From assembly GCA_964519835.1 (NCBI GenBank), contig CAZFLD010000016.1, positions 825-64,824 of the forward strand: 64,000 nt of DNA. The letters are read 5' to 3'. The position numbers and the translations under genes were made by a program. This document shows, in pieces, positions 1-10,489 of this stretch (its first letter is position 1; the number at the start of each line of letters is the position of its first letter). Under the pieces are notes generated by a model. It worked only from the letters and a program-made list of their open reading frames with translations. It was not told the DNA's origin and did not search any database. This DNA is from an uncultured Spirochaetales bacterium. Lineage in GTDB: Bacteria > Spirochaetota > Spirochaetia > DSM-27196 > CAZFLD01.

Positions 1-1
1 A

Positions 2-1210
2 GCCTTCGGAACAGCTCCGGTAGACGCCCGGTCCGCCTCCATCGAGTACCTGTTTGACACCAACCGCGGAAAGCCGTACCTCGAGATGGATTTTGGGCGA
101 ATCAACCTCAAAGAGTTGAATTTCATAGAGGATAAAGACGAAGGAGATCTCCTCGCTCGCCTCCAGCCCCCGGTGCCTCCGGAGGACGGCGCCACGGTCA
201 CAGGGAGTACGCTTTCCGCTCTTCGCGATACCACGCCGGTGGCGCTTTCCGCGGGCCAAAACACCGCCCTGAGCGAGGACGGCACGGAGCTCTACGCCGC
301 CGCGGACGGCAACGTGCGCCTAAAAAACGGTGTGGTGATAATCGAGCCGGTCGTAACGGTAGAGAACGTCAATTACGAGACCGGCAACATCGAATTCGAG
401 GGATCCGTCGTGGTGGAAAACAGCATAGCCGACGGCTTTGTCATCCGCGCGGACGGGGACGTACAGGTTGGCCGGGGAGTAGGCCGATCTTGCATCGAGG
501 CGGGCGGGAACGTGCTGTTGAAGACCGGCGTCAACGGAAACGGCGACGCACGTGTGAGCTGCCGAGGCAACCTCTTTGCCAAGTACATAGAGAGCGCAAC
601 AATAAAGTGCGAGGGGCATGTGTTTGTGGAAGAGGCGATTATGCACAGCCATGTCTTCGCGTGGAAGCACTGCGTGCTAAACGGCCGTCGCGCAGAAGTC
701 CTGGCGTCGAACTTGATCGTCGGCGGCACACTCTGGTGCAAAAAGCTCGGCGGGATCTACGAGGCGCGCACCCACGTGGCAATCGGTATTGCCCCCGACG
801 TCCTAACCGAGTATCGGGACTGCAAGAGCGGCGGCGAGCAGGCGATGGAGCGTCTGGGGAAGGTCGAGCTTCAACTCGAGCTCTTGAGCAAAGCCGTCTC
901 TGAAGGCCGGAATGACGAGCGCACCCTCCTCGCCCAGGAACAGCTCGGTGCTGAAGCGGAAGAGTTGCGAACAAAAGCAACCGAGCTTCGTCGTCGAGAA
1001 AAAGAGCTTCGTGGCCGACTGCAGGCGTCTCGGTCGAGTTATCTCGTGGTTGAAGACACCATGTACAAAGGCGCATCGGTGACATTTGGGACCGCTGAGT
1101 TTCGGGCGCCGGACAAGGGAGTTCGGAAAACGATTCTCCGTCCGGGACCATCCGGCGTGGAGGAATCCGGCTATAACCCCGCCTCGAAACCCGAGCTTAA
1201 TTTCGAATAG
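2..1210 (+). CDS. FapA/DUF342 family protein (flagellar assembly protein A-like), 5'-truncated by the window edge
   Basis: Frame is open from base 2 (AFGTAPVDARSASIEYLFD…). Contains VNYETGNIEFEGSV and beta-solenoid-like G-rich repeats followed by a coiled coil, typical of DUF342. Confidence 0.85.
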   Translation, partial: AFGTAPVDARSASIEYLFDTNRGKPYLEMDFGRINLKELNFIEDKDEGDLLARLQPPVPPEDGATVTGSTLSALRDTTPVALSAGQNTALSEDGTELYAAADGNVRLKNGVVIIEPVVTVENVNYETGNIEFEGSVVVENSIADGFVIRADGDVQVGRGVGRSCIEAGGNVLLKTGVNGNGDARVSCRGNLFAKYIESATIKCEGHVFVEEAIMHSHVFAWKHCVLNGRRAEVLASNLIVGGTLWCKKLGGIYEARTHVAIGIAPDVLTEYRDCKSGGEQAMERLGKVELQLELLSKAVSEGRNDERTLLAQEQLGAEAEELRTKATELRRREKELRGRLQASRSSYLVVEDTMYKGASVTFGTAEFRAPDKGVRKTILRPGPSGVEESGYNPASKPELNFE

Positions 1211-1219
1211 AATGGGACC

Positions 1220-2515
1220 ATGAGCACTCGGCTTTACTATTCCGACCCCATGAAAGGGGAGTTCGACGCTACCGTGATCGCGGTGCGCGACGTGACAAGG
1301 GCGCAGGGATCCACGGGCAGGGCCCGGGATGCGGCGACGGCGCTTGTTCTTGACCGTACGGCCTTTTATCCTGAGGGAGGGGGCCAGCCTGCCGACCGTG
1401 GTACGCTCAACTCCGCAGCCGTTGTTGATGTGCAGAAGGATAACGACGGCACCGTCCTGCACTTTGTTAACGACTGGGACGGCGCAAAAAACGTCCACGG
1501 TGCGGTCGACTGGACTCGCCGTTGGGACTATATGCAACAACACACGGGCCAGCACATCATATCCGGGGCCCTCTACAAAGCGGCGGGCATCAACACGGTG
1601 TCGGTTCATCAAGGCGAGGACTACACGACCATCGAGGTTGATGTAGACGACGTGGACCAGGAGACGGTAGTCCGAGTGGAAGACGCCGTCAACGCCGTGA
1701 TTGCTCAAAACGTCGAGGTCCATGACCAATGGGTCGGCGAGGATGAAGTCGGGTTGTTTCCTCTACGGCGCCCGCCCAAGGTGTCCGGGTCGATTCGGGT
1801 TGTCACGGTGGGTGACTTCGACTGCGTGGCCTGTGGCGGTGTCCACACTCTTCGCACCAGCGATGTGCGCTTGGTCAAGCACATCGGCACCGAGCGAATT
1901 AGGGGCCGCACGCGGCTGTACTGGAAGATCGGTGACCGTGCCATTGCGGACTACCGCCTGAAGGATCACGTTGTTGCGCGGCTCGTGGACTACTATTCTG
2001 CAAAGCCTCACGAGATTGTCGAGCGGGCCGAGCGGTACGGCAGGCGGCTTGGTGCCGCCGAGGCGGAGGTCGAGCAGCTAGTCAAGCGTCTCGGCCGCGA
2101 AATTGCCGTAGGGCTGGTGCCGCACAGTGACAATGCCCCAGACGACGAGGGGATCGGCAAAGGCGCCACCCCCCGCACCGGGTCCACCAAAACCGGCGCC
2201 GGCGTGGTTTTTGCAGGCGGTGCTATTGCTTACCAGATGGTAAACGAGGACAAGCGCCTTTTTCGCGCTGTTCTCGAAGCATTGGAGAAAATCGCCGGGC
2301 CGCCGGCCTCCCTTACCAACGAAGTCGACGGTCGGGTGCAGTGGGGGGCCTACGTCCCCGAGTCCCGGACAGAGGGCTTTTCCAAGAATCGCAATACCGT
2401 ACTGGCACCCATCGAGGGAAAAGGCGGCGGGAAGCCACCCCTGTATCAAGGTGTGGGAGATCGTGTGAAGGGGGTGGCCGATTTTCACCAGGCTTTTCTG
2501 CGAGCCATGGGATAG
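1220..2515 (+). CDS. Alanyl-tRNA editing protein (AlaX-L type) with C-terminal DHHA1-like domain
   Basis: TAFYPEGGGQP, QQHTGQH and CGGVH zinc motifs; GKGGG near the C-terminus. Confidence 0.9.
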   Translation: MSTRLYYSDPMKGEFDATVIAVRDVTRAQGSTGRARDAATALVLDRTAFYPEGGGQPADRGTLNSAAVVDVQKDNDGTVLHFVNDWDGAKNVHGAVDWTRRWDYMQQHTGQHIISGALYKAAGINTVSVHQGEDYTTIEVDVDDVDQETVVRVEDAVNAVIAQNVEVHDQWVGEDEVGLFPLRRPPKVSGSIRVVTVGDFDCVACGGVHTLRTSDVRLVKHIGTERIRGRTRLYWKIGDRAIADYRLKDHVVARLVDYYSAKPHEIVERAERYGRRLGAAEAEVEQLVKRLGREIAVGLVPHSDNAPDDEGIGKGATPRTGSTKTGAGVVFAGGAIAYQMVNEDKRLFRAVLEALEKIAGPPASLTNEVDGRVQWGAYVPESRTEGFSKNRNTVLAPIEGKGGGKPPLYQGVGDRVKGVADFHQAFLRAMG

Positions 2516-2541
2516 CTCATCACAGAGCAAAGGAGCCGCGA

Positions 2542-4578
2542 GTGAGTGGGGATAAACAAGGCCGTCGCCGCGTAGTGATACAAGACGTGCGCCCGCAGGT
2601 TTCCTGTGGGCGTTTTGCTGTTAAGCGGGTCGTCGGCGACACTATCCGGGTAGAGGCGGATGCATTTGCCGACGGACACGAGGCGGTTCGAATGCGCGTC
2701 CAGGTGTATGCTCCGGGCGCCGGCGCCGACAGTTGGCCGTATGCTCCCGCGGCGGAGGTCGACATGGAGGCACTTGGTAATGATAAGTGGGCCGCCTCGT
2801 TTGCGGTCGACACGCAGGGGCTCCACCACTACCGAGTCTGCGGTTGGGTAGACACGTTCCGCACGTGGGCGGAGGGACTCAAGAAAAAGATTGATGCGGA
2901 AATGGATATCGAGACCGATCTGCTGATCGGCAGTGGGCTTGTCGAAGAGGCGGCAAAACGGGCCGGCCGGGCCGGCGGCAAGACGCACGCAAAGGCGCTC
3001 AAGACGTTGGTAAAAAACATGACGGCATCCGGCGTGTCGCAGGAGAGCCGGGCCCAGGAGGTGCTCGCTCCGGAAGCTGTGGAGCTGGTGGAGTCATTTC
3101 CCGATCGCAGCCAACAGACCGTTTCGCCCACGTTTCCGCTCCGTGTGGACAGGCAAAGGGCGGCGTTTAGTGCGTGGTACGAGATGTTTCCCCGTTCCGC
3201 GCGCTCCGCAATCAAGGCTGAGGGAAAGAGTGTGCCCCGGTCGCACGGCACGTTTGCAGACGTTATCGACCGCCTGCCGTACGTCGCGGACATGGGGTTT
3301 GATGTTCTCTACTTGCCGCCCATCCACCCCATTGGAGAGACCAAGCGGAAGGGCAAGAACAACGCCCTGGAAGCCGGGCCGGATGATCCGGGGGTTCCAT
3401 GGGCGATCGGCTCTAAAGACGGCGGGCACAAGGCGATCCACCCCGACCTCGGGACTCTCGATGAGTTTCGCAAGCTGGTAGCAGCAGCCGAGAAAATCGA
3501 CGTGGAGATCGCGCTCGACATCGCCTTTCAGTGCTCTCCGGATCATCCATGGGTAACCGAGCATCCGTCGTGGTTTGTGCATCGTCCGGACGGCTCCGTA
3601 CAATACGCTGAGAACCCGCCGAAGAAATACGAAGACATCTATCCCCTAGACTTCGACACCCCGGACTGGGAGGAGCTCTGGACCGAGCTCAAGAGTGTTT
3701 TTGACCACTGGATCCGTCAGGGCGTTAAGATGTTCCGCGTGGACAATCCCCACACCAAGTCATTCCCGTTTTGGGAGTGGGCCATTGATGCAATCAAGTC
3801 GGAGCATCCCGACGTGCTGTTCTTAGCCGAGGCGTTTACCCGTCCGAAGCGGATGTACGGTCTGGCGATGGCCGGGTTCTCCCAGTCGTACACGTACTTT
3901 ACATGGCGGAACACAGCAGCGGAAATGCGCGCTTACGGCGAAGAGGTGTTTAGCCCGCCGGTGTCCGAATATTTCCGACCCAACTTCTGGCCGAACACGC
4001 CGGACATTCTCCACGAGGACTTGCAAACCGGCGGCCGTGCGGCTTTTATGGCCCGGTTTGCCATGGCCGCGACGCTTGCTGGAAACTACGGGATCTATGG
4101 GCCGGCTTTTGAGCTTATGAAGCATGTCCCGAGAAGTAAGGGAAGCGAGGAGTATCTCAATTCCGAGAAATACGAGATCAAGTCGTGGGATCTCGATGCA
4201 CCCGACTCGCTTGCTCCTTTTATTAAAACCATCAACATGGCCCGTCGAGACCTTTCGGCCTTCCATCCCGGAAGCACGTTGCGATTTCACGATACCGACA
4301 ATCCACAGTTGCTGTGCTACAGCCGAACGGCGCCTGTCGGCAACAAAGGCCGGCCGGAGGACGACCCGGTGCTTGTTGTCGTTAACTTCGACTACCACTA
4401 CGCCCAATCCGGGTGGGTTGAGTTCTCTCTGCCGCGCATCGGAGTTCAGCGAGCGGCCTCGTTTGTGGTCACCGATCTATTGACCGGTGACGAGTACACG
4501 TGGGACAACGCGTGGAACTTTGTACGACTCGATCCGGAAAGCGCCTCGGTGCATCTGTTCCGGGTACAACTACCGTAG
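2542..4578 (+). CDS. glgE: Alpha-1,4-glucan:maltose-1-phosphate maltosyltransferase (GH13_3)
   Basis: WYEMFPRS, YLPPIHPIG, AENPPKKYEDIYP, FRVDNPHTK, FLAEAFT and NTPDIL motifs. GTG at 2542 follows AGGAG; the ORF-track start at 2341 overlaps alaX. Confidence 0.95.
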   Translation: MSGDKQGRRRVVIQDVRPQVSCGRFAVKRVVGDTIRVEADAFADGHEAVRMRVQVYAPGAGADSWPYAPAAEVDMEALGNDKWAASFAVDTQGLHHYRVCGWVDTFRTWAEGLKKKIDAEMDIETDLLIGSGLVEEAAKRAGRAGGKTHAKALKTLVKNMTASGVSQESRAQEVLAPEAVELVESFPDRSQQTVSPTFPLRVDRQRAAFSAWYEMFPRSARSAIKAEGKSVPRSHGTFADVIDRLPYVADMGFDVLYLPPIHPIGETKRKGKNNALEAGPDDPGVPWAIGSKDGGHKAIHPDLGTLDEFRKLVAAAEKIDVEIALDIAFQCSPDHPWVTEHPSWFVHRPDGSVQYAENPPKKYEDIYPLDFDTPDWEELWTELKSVFDHWIRQGVKMFRVDNPHTKSFPFWEWAIDAIKSEHPDVLFLAEAFTRPKRMYGLAMAGFSQSYTYFTWRNTAAEMRAYGEEVFSPPVSEYFRPNFWPNTPDILHEDLQTGGRAAFMARFAMAATLAGNYGIYGPAFELMKHVPRSKGSEEYLNSEKYEIKSWDLDAPDSLAPFIKTINMARRDLSAFHPGSTLRFHDTDNPQLLCYSRTAPVGNKGRPEDDPVLVVVNFDYHYAQSGWVEFSLPRIGVQRAASFVVTDLLTGDEYTWDNAWNFVRLDPESASVHLFRVQLP

Positions 4579-4607
4579 GAGCGAGAGAACAGGCGGGAGC
4601 ATAGCCA

Positions 4608-7600
4608 ATGAACAACGACGTATCCGCAGACTGGTTTAAAGATGCAATTATCTACGAGCTTCACGTTAGATCGTTTATGGACTCGAACGGCGACGGCATG
4701 GGCGATTTTCGAGGACTTACCAGCAAGCTCGATTACCTGGTGGACCTTGGTGTAACTGCCCTCTGGCTCTTGCCGTTTTATCCATCGCCATGGAAGGACG
4801 ACGGCTACGACACATCGGACTATCGAGGCGTTCACCCGAGATACGGGACACTTGCCGACTTTAAGCGATTCCTCCGGGCGGCCCACGATCGGGGACTGCG
4901 TGTCATAACCGAGGTTGTAGTCAACCACACATCCAACGAGCACCCGTGGTTCCAGCGCGCCCGCAAGGCAGCGCCGGGCACCAAGTATCGAGACTTCTAC
5001 GTGTGGAGTGACACGCCCGACAGATACGCCGACGCACGGGTCATCTTTAGCGACACTCATAGCTCCAATTGGAGTTGGGACCCCCTCGCGCGGGCGTATT
5101 ACTGGCACCGTTTTTACTCAGATCAGCCCGACCTCAACTTCGAGAATCCGATGGTTCAGAGCGAGGTACTCAAGGTCGTCGACTTCTGGCTGGACATGGG
5201 GGTCGACGGCCTGCGCCTCGATGCGGTGCCCTATTTGTACGAGGCGGAGGGTACCAACTGCGAGAATCTTCCCAAGACGCATGCCTTCCTCAAGAAGCTG
5301 CGCCGACACATAGATGAGAAATTCACCGGCAAGATGCTGTTGGCCGAGGCCAACCAGTGGCCGGAGGATGCCGTCGCCTACTTTGGCGACGACGACGAGT
5401 GCCACATGGCATTCCACTTTCCTATTATGCCGCGGCTTTTTATGGGTCTGCAGATGGAGGATCGCCATCCGATCGTCGACATCCTCGAGCAGACCCCCGA
5501 CATTCCCCACGGCTCACAATGGGCTATCTTTCTCCGAAACCACGATGAGCTGACGCTCGAGATGGTCACCGACGAAGAGCGAGACTACATGTATCGTGTC
5601 TACGCGGCCGACCCACGACAACGCCTGAACCAAGGCATCAGGCGAAGACTCTCGCCTCTGCTCGAAGGCGATAGACGCAAGATCGAGCTTCTGAACTCTT
5701 TGCTTTTCTCGCTCCCGGGCAGCCCGATTGTGTACTATGGCGACGAGATCGGCATGGGTGACAATGTCTACCTGGGTGACAGAAACGGCGTTCGCACTCC
5801 CATGCACTGGAGCAACGATAAAAACGCCGGGTTCTCCGCGGCAAACCCGCAGCGGCTCTACCTTCCGGTGATCATCGACCCACAATATCACTACGAAACG
5901 GTCAACGTCGAAACCCACCAGGCAAGTCCGTCGAGCTACCTTTGGTGGATGAAGCGGGTGATCGCAACGCGCAAGGGGTATCAAGCGTTTAGCCGGGGAG
6001 AGATGAAGATCGTAAACAGCGGCAACATGCACGTGTTGTCCTTTCTGCGGATCTACCAAGGTGAAGTCATCCTGGTGGTTGCCAATTTTAGTCGGCATAT
6101 CCAAGTCGTCGATCTGGACCTTGCCGATTACGCGGGACTTGTGCCGACCGAGGTTTTTAGCGGGAACTGGTTTCCCACGATCGGCGGCGAAGCCTACGTC
6201 ATGAACATAGGCGGCTATGAGTGCTATTGGTTCTCGATCGCGCAAACGGAGGCGACGGTCGCTGTGGGCGAAGAGGAGGGCCCGGCTATCGCGTTGACGG
6301 CAAGCGACTGGCGTCGTATGAGCGAGCCGTTCAAAAAGAAGCTCGAGCCGTCGCTGGTGACCCACACGCAAGCCAGCCGATGGTTTCGCAGTAAGGACAA
6401 AAACGTCCGCGGCATGCGGATCGTGGACCACATATCCACCGGGGGAGACGGAGATTCGGCTTGGCTTGTAATGCTCGAGGCCGAGTACTCCGATGAATCG
6501 ATGGAAATGTATATGCTGCCATTGGCCCTGGCCGTCTCGGACTACGCCGAATTCCTGCTCAGGGATGCTCCGAATGCGGTTATTTGTCGCTGTACGTTCG
6601 ATGGAGAGGAAGGAGTGCTGTATGAAGCTACCCACAGCGGGTCCTTCCGCACAACACTGCTGTCGGTCATCGAGCGTCGACGCCGCCTCAAGGGGCGTAA
6701 GGGCCGTCTTCTTGGCTATTCTTCGCCGCGTGCAAAAAAAGAGTTTCAAGCATACGGCGAAGATGCGGGATCCCGAGTGCTTTCTCTCGAGCAGTCCAAT
6801 ACCTCCGTCCTCTACGGCGACAAGTTCTTTCTCAAACTCTATCGAAAGCTCGAGGAGGGGAAAAACCCGGAGGTGGAAATACTGCGCCATCTGGGCGATG
6901 ACGATTCGTTTGGCTCCGTTCCGAGCTTTATCGGCAACATTGACTATGAGTCCGGCGACGGAAATACTTCGTCCGCCGGTATTCTCGTGGGGTACGTGTC
7001 CGGGGAAGGTGATGCCTGGTCGTACACGCTTTCCGCGGTGGACCGTTACTTCGAACGTGTGCTGACCGGCGAAGGTGACAAGCCGACGCTCGACCAGTAC
7101 TACCTAGACCTGGTCGGACTTCTCGGGCAACGGACGGCGGAGATGCACAAGGCATTGGCCGCGGCGAAAGGGGACCAAGCGTTTGTGCCGGAGTCGTTTA
7201 GCCTTCTATACCAGCGGTCGCTCTTCCAATCCATAAAGACTCTGTACGGCAGGGTCCGGAGAACCATCACCAAGCTGACCAAGAGCGATAAAACGGGGTT
7301 TGCCGATCGATGCAATGCGGCCTTGAAAGAGTTTGAGCCTGAGGCAATGGAGGTTCTCCAGGCGCTGACCGATCACAAGTTTCGCGCCCAGAAGAGTCGT
7401 ATCCACGGGGACTACCACTTGGGTCAGGTTCTGTTCACCGGACGAGACTTTGTGATCATCGACTTCGAAGGTGAGCCCGCCCGGGCCCTTGGTGAGAGGC
7501 GGCTGCGCTACAGTGCCCTGCGCGATGTCGCCGGAATGATCCGGTCGTTTCACTACGCGGTATCGAGTCGTTACCTTGGCCAGCGAGACGAGGACCGGGC

Positions 7601-7847
7601 CGTGATAAAGCGGTGGGTGGCGCCGTGGTTCGCCACCGTTTCGGAACGGTTTCTGACCGCGTATCTCGAGACAATAAACGATAGTCCGCTCTTGCCTGAA
7701 GACGACGCGGACAGAACCGCACTCCTTGACGCGCTTATTCTCGAAAAGGCCGTCTACGAGTTGGGTTACGAGATGGCCAACAGGCCGAGCTGGGTAGAGA
7801 TTCCCCTGGAGGGGATTCGTTACATCCTAAACGCCCGTCGTGCGTAG
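4608..7847 (+). CDS. treS: Trehalose synthase fused to maltokinase (TreS-Mak/Pep2)
   Basis: GH13 motifs LRLDAVPYL, AEANQWP and FLRNHDELTLE; C-terminal EQSNTS, RIHGDYHLGQ and IDFEGEP maltokinase motifs. Confidence 0.95.
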   Translation: MNNDVSADWFKDAIIYELHVRSFMDSNGDGMGDFRGLTSKLDYLVDLGVTALWLLPFYPSPWKDDGYDTSDYRGVHPRYGTLADFKRFLRAAHDRGLRVITEVVVNHTSNEHPWFQRARKAAPGTKYRDFYVWSDTPDRYADARVIFSDTHSSNWSWDPLARAYYWHRFYSDQPDLNFENPMVQSEVLKVVDFWLDMGVDGLRLDAVPYLYEAEGTNCENLPKTHAFLKKLRRHIDEKFTGKMLLAEANQWPEDAVAYFGDDDECHMAFHFPIMPRLFMGLQMEDRHPIVDILEQTPDIPHGSQWAIFLRNHDELTLEMVTDEERDYMYRVYAADPRQRLNQGIRRRLSPLLEGDRRKIELLNSLLFSLPGSPIVYYGDEIGMGDNVYLGDRNGVRTPMHWSNDKNAGFSAANPQRLYLPVIIDPQYHYETVNVETHQASPSSYLWWMKRVIATRKGYQAFSRGEMKIVNSGNMHVLSFLRIYQGEVILVVANFSRHIQVVDLDLADYAGLVPTEVFSGNWFPTIGGEAYVMNIGGYECYWFSIAQTEATVAVGEEEGPAIALTASDWRRMSEPFKKKLEPSLVTHTQASRWFRSKDKNVRGMRIVDHISTGGDGDSAWLVMLEAEYSDESMEMYMLPLALAVSDYAEFLLRDAPNAVICRCTFDGEEGVLYEATHSGSFRTTLLSVIERRRRLKGRKGRLLGYSSPRAKKEFQAYGEDAGSRVLSLEQSNTSVLYGDKFFLKLYRKLEEGKNPEVEILRHLGDDDSFGSVPSFIGNIDYESGDGNTSSAGILVGYVSGEGDAWSYTLSAVDRYFERVLTGEGDKPTLDQYYLDLVGLLGQRTAEMHKALAAAKGDQAFVPESFSLLYQRSLFQSIKTLYGRVRRTITKLTKSDKTGFADRCNAALKEFEPEAMEVLQALTDHKFRAQKSRIHGDYHLGQVLFTGRDFVIIDFEGEPARALGERRLRYSALRDVAGMIRSFHYAVSSRYLGQRDEDRAVIKRWVAPWFATVSERFLTAYLETINDSPLLPEDDADRTALLDALILEKAVYELGYEMANRPSWVEIPLEGIRYILNARRA

Positions 7848-7909
7848 CAGTCCGTGCAGGGCGACGGCGTGCCGGTAAGGCGTTGTCGCGGTGCTTCGCC
7901 GGGGCCAAA

Positions 7910-7960
7910 TCTGGCCCCGACCTCTGGCCCCGACCTCTGGCCCCGACCTCTGGCCCCAGA
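7910..7960. repeat. Tandem repeat of the 13-bp unit TCTGGCCCCGACC, about 4 copies, preceded by the complementary arm GGGGCCA (7901-7907)
   Basis: Units start at 7910, 7923, 7936 and 7949 (last one imperfect). Lies between the convergent treS and kinase genes. Confidence 0.9.
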
Positions 7961-7985
7961 CGTCCGCCACGCTTGTGTGGCGCCG

Positions 7986-9686
7986 TTAGCCGCTTTCGCG
8001 CCCGTCGACTGCAGGGGCGTTCCGCGGGCCGGGCGGTTCCGCGCTCGACAGATGGTCCTGCGGGTCGAGGCGCACGTCCACCACAAACGTCGAGCCGGAA
8101 TTGGCCTGTGAGTTCACGTGGACGGTGCCGCCCATAGCGCGCGCCAGCCGATCTACAATGCCCAGTCCTAGACCAAGCCCGGGCAGCCGGTAGAGCTTTT
8201 TGTCCGTGGCCCGGTGAAAAGGCTCGAAGATGTGCTCGATCTCATCGGGGCCTATGCCTGGGCCGGTGTCCATGACCGTTGTGCGGACGAGTTCGCCGGC
8301 GGGCTCGACGCCAATCGCGATGTGGCCTTCCGCGGTGTATTTGTAGGCATTGTCTACCAGGTTCTCTACTATCTGACGGTACCGGTGTGCGTCGCCTAAG
8401 ACGTGTTCGGGCAATCCGGCCGCCACATAAAAAACGGCATCCAGGCCCTTTTGCCCCAGGCGTTGGAGATACTCGTTCAAGACATCGCCGCACAGCTCAG
8501 CCGGCGAGAAGACGGCTTCCCGTAGGGTGAGGGAGCCGGACTCGATTGCACTCAAATCCAGCAAATCGTTTACCATCGCGAGCATTGTCCGGCCCGAGTC
8601 GCGCGCCACCCGCACATACTCCGCTTTTTCCTCGGCATCGGCATCCTCTATAAGGTCAAGGAACCCGAGGACCGCGGAGAGCGGTGTTCGCAGCTCGTGG
8701 GATGCACTCGACAAAAAGGCGCTCTTCGCCCGATTGGCCGCTACCAGGTGTTTGTTGGCCTCTTGGAGCTCGCCGGTCTTTTTATCGACAAGCCGGGAGA
8801 GCTCATTTGTTTCAAGGATCAGTCGCCCCGATAGTCTGCGGAGGATGCGCCAGGTGCCGGTCGCCGCGATCGCTATAACAACGACCAAAAGAACGATTAC
8901 CAGGACAAGACGTCTTCGAACCCGGGCGGAAACACGGGCACCGGGCTCAAAGAGACGGAGAGTCCACCCGGGCCCTATGTCGGCGACGGAACTCGATACC
9001 AGGCGATCCGCTGACACCGGTGTCCTTACCGCGCCTGACAAAACCAACACTTCGCCCTCTCTCAAGAGCTGTACCGTCGCTGTTTGGTCTATCAGTGTTG
9101 GGCCGGCCATCGCCTCCTCGATCGGCCCGGCCAGAAAAAACACCTCGTCGTAACCGATGTTGTTTGGCTCGCTGCGTGCTCTTTGCGCAATGGTAACCAA
9201 AACGGTAACGACAAGGCCCTCGGCCGATTCCTTGGGGTCGCTGATTCCGAGAACCCAGGGCAATTCACCGCGATCGTACTCAAACGGAGTGCGTCCGATT
9301 TCCACCAAGAGGCGGCCATTCGGAAGGTACCGCCGTACGCCGATGATTCTCCGGTCCGCGGCAACCGCGTTGACCAGGTCTGCGTGCGTCAAATCCGCCG
9401 CCGTCTGTCGGTCTGTTCCACCCGACAGGTAGTCGAGCAGCGCTAAGCGGCTCTGGGTGCGGCTTGGAATCTGCCTCGCGACGCGAACCATTGAGTCTAT
9501 CTCCGCCTCGATCGCGATGGCCGTGAGTTCCGCCTGGTGGACCAGGTTTGTCTCTTCCATCTCGCGGAGCGCGCCGCCAATAGGAACCACGATCAACACA
9601 AATGCCACGACGCCGACCAGTACAAGCGCGGAAATCGTTTGCGCCAGAAGGAGGCGCTGAAAACGCCTTGTTGTAAACTCCGACAC
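7986..9686 (-). CDS. Membrane sensor histidine kinase (2 TM, HisKA, HATPase_c)
   Basis: H-box ASHELRTPL, N-box NLVDNAYKYT, DTGPGI, IFEPF and GLGLGL. Confidence 0.9.
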   Translation of the reverse strand: MSEFTTRRFQRLLLAQTISALVLVGVVAFVLIVVPIGGALREMEETNLVHQAELTAIAIEAEIDSMVRVARQIPSRTQSRLALLDYLSGGTDRQTAADLTHADLVNAVAADRRIIGVRRYLPNGRLLVEIGRTPFEYDRGELPWVLGISDPKESAEGLVVTVLVTIAQRARSEPNNIGYDEVFFLAGPIEEAMAGPTLIDQTATVQLLREGEVLVLSGAVRTPVSADRLVSSSVADIGPGWTLRLFEPGARVSARVRRRLVLVIVLLVVVIAIAATGTWRILRRLSGRLILETNELSRLVDKKTGELQEANKHLVAANRAKSAFLSSASHELRTPLSAVLGFLDLIEDADAEEKAEYVRVARDSGRTMLAMVNDLLDLSAIESGSLTLREAVFSPAELCGDVLNEYLQRLGQKGLDAVFYVAAGLPEHVLGDAHRYRQIVENLVDNAYKYTAEGHIAIGVEPAGELVRTTVMDTGPGIGPDEIEHIFEPFHRATDKKLYRLPGLGLGLGIVDRLARAMGGTVHVNSQANSGSTFVVDVRLDPQDHLSSAEPPGPRNAPAVDGRESG

Positions 9687-9959
9687 CTACCGCGGTTCTC
9701 CTCGGCCGGAGTGTGACGCGTCTGTAGGCGATGCGTTGCTTGAGGCCGGGGTCTTGGCCGAGCGACGGAGCGGGGTCGTGTTGCGCTTCCGGAGTATCGT
9801 GATCCAACCCAATCCTGCTTGAAAAGGCTTGGGAATCAGAAACTCAACGTGCCTTTTATCTTCGTAGACCGGCACGCCCCATTCGGGGTCGTGGCGGGCG
9901 ACGGACAGTGGAACGGCTTCACACCACGCGTAGCGTTCGGGACTGGTCTTGTCAGGCAT
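9687..9959 (-). pseudogene. tag: Truncated, degenerate DNA-3-methyladenine glycosylase I
   Basis: RYAWC…HDPEWGVPVYEDKRHVEFLIPKPFQAGLGWITILRKR matches the Tag N-terminus; similarity ends after about 60 aa. Confidence 0.8.
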
Positions 9960-10103
9960 AACACAAGCATACTCGGCGGCCGGCGCCGATTCAAGTATAA
10001 GCCGCCGTTGGCCGGCAAGGAGATGGTGCGCGCGGCGGGTTCTCCAGCCGCGGCCGCCGCGCGTGACCCTCGAGCGTGCGTGACACAAACCGACCAAAGG
10101 TGA

Positions 10104-10205
10104 CACCTCAACTCAGCCGCCGTGAACTTCCGCGCGGAGCCGGACGCTGACGCGGACATTGTCGGATCAGGAGGCTTCGGCGACACCGTGGAGGTCATTG
10201 AATAG
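10104..10205 (+). pseudogene. Bacterial SH3-domain protein remnant
   Basis: VNFRAEPDADADIVGSGGFGDTVEVIE followed by TAG at 10203; resembles the SH3b consensus LNVRxxPxxxxxIVG…GDxVEVLE. Confidence 0.5.
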
Positions 10206-10489
10206 GACGGCGCGGTGACTATTGGGGTGTTGCACAATTCTCCCACGCTCCCCGTCCGCACTCTGAAATGCGACTCGAAAGCTACAGTCGCGAGCTCACC
10301 CTGCACGCCCTGCTGGTGATGTACGACGATGCGCCGATTACTCATACGTCCCAAAGAACCTTTTTGGGTCTACTGGCTCGATTCAGACGCGGATGAGTTC
10401 GCACTGCTCGTGGAATACGCCGAGGCTTCGGGCCCGCGACCGGCCTTTCTCCATCACACAGTGCACCTGGCCCGGATGGGCCGCCTGTA

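Noticed and set aside
5514-6890. 458-aa antisense ORF and the many similar shadow ORFs
   Set aside because: They lie opposite well-supported genes, are expected from GC-rich codon bias and show no motifs.
7910-7960. CRISPR array
   Set aside because: The units are 13 bp, directly adjacent, with no spacers, and there are no cas genes.
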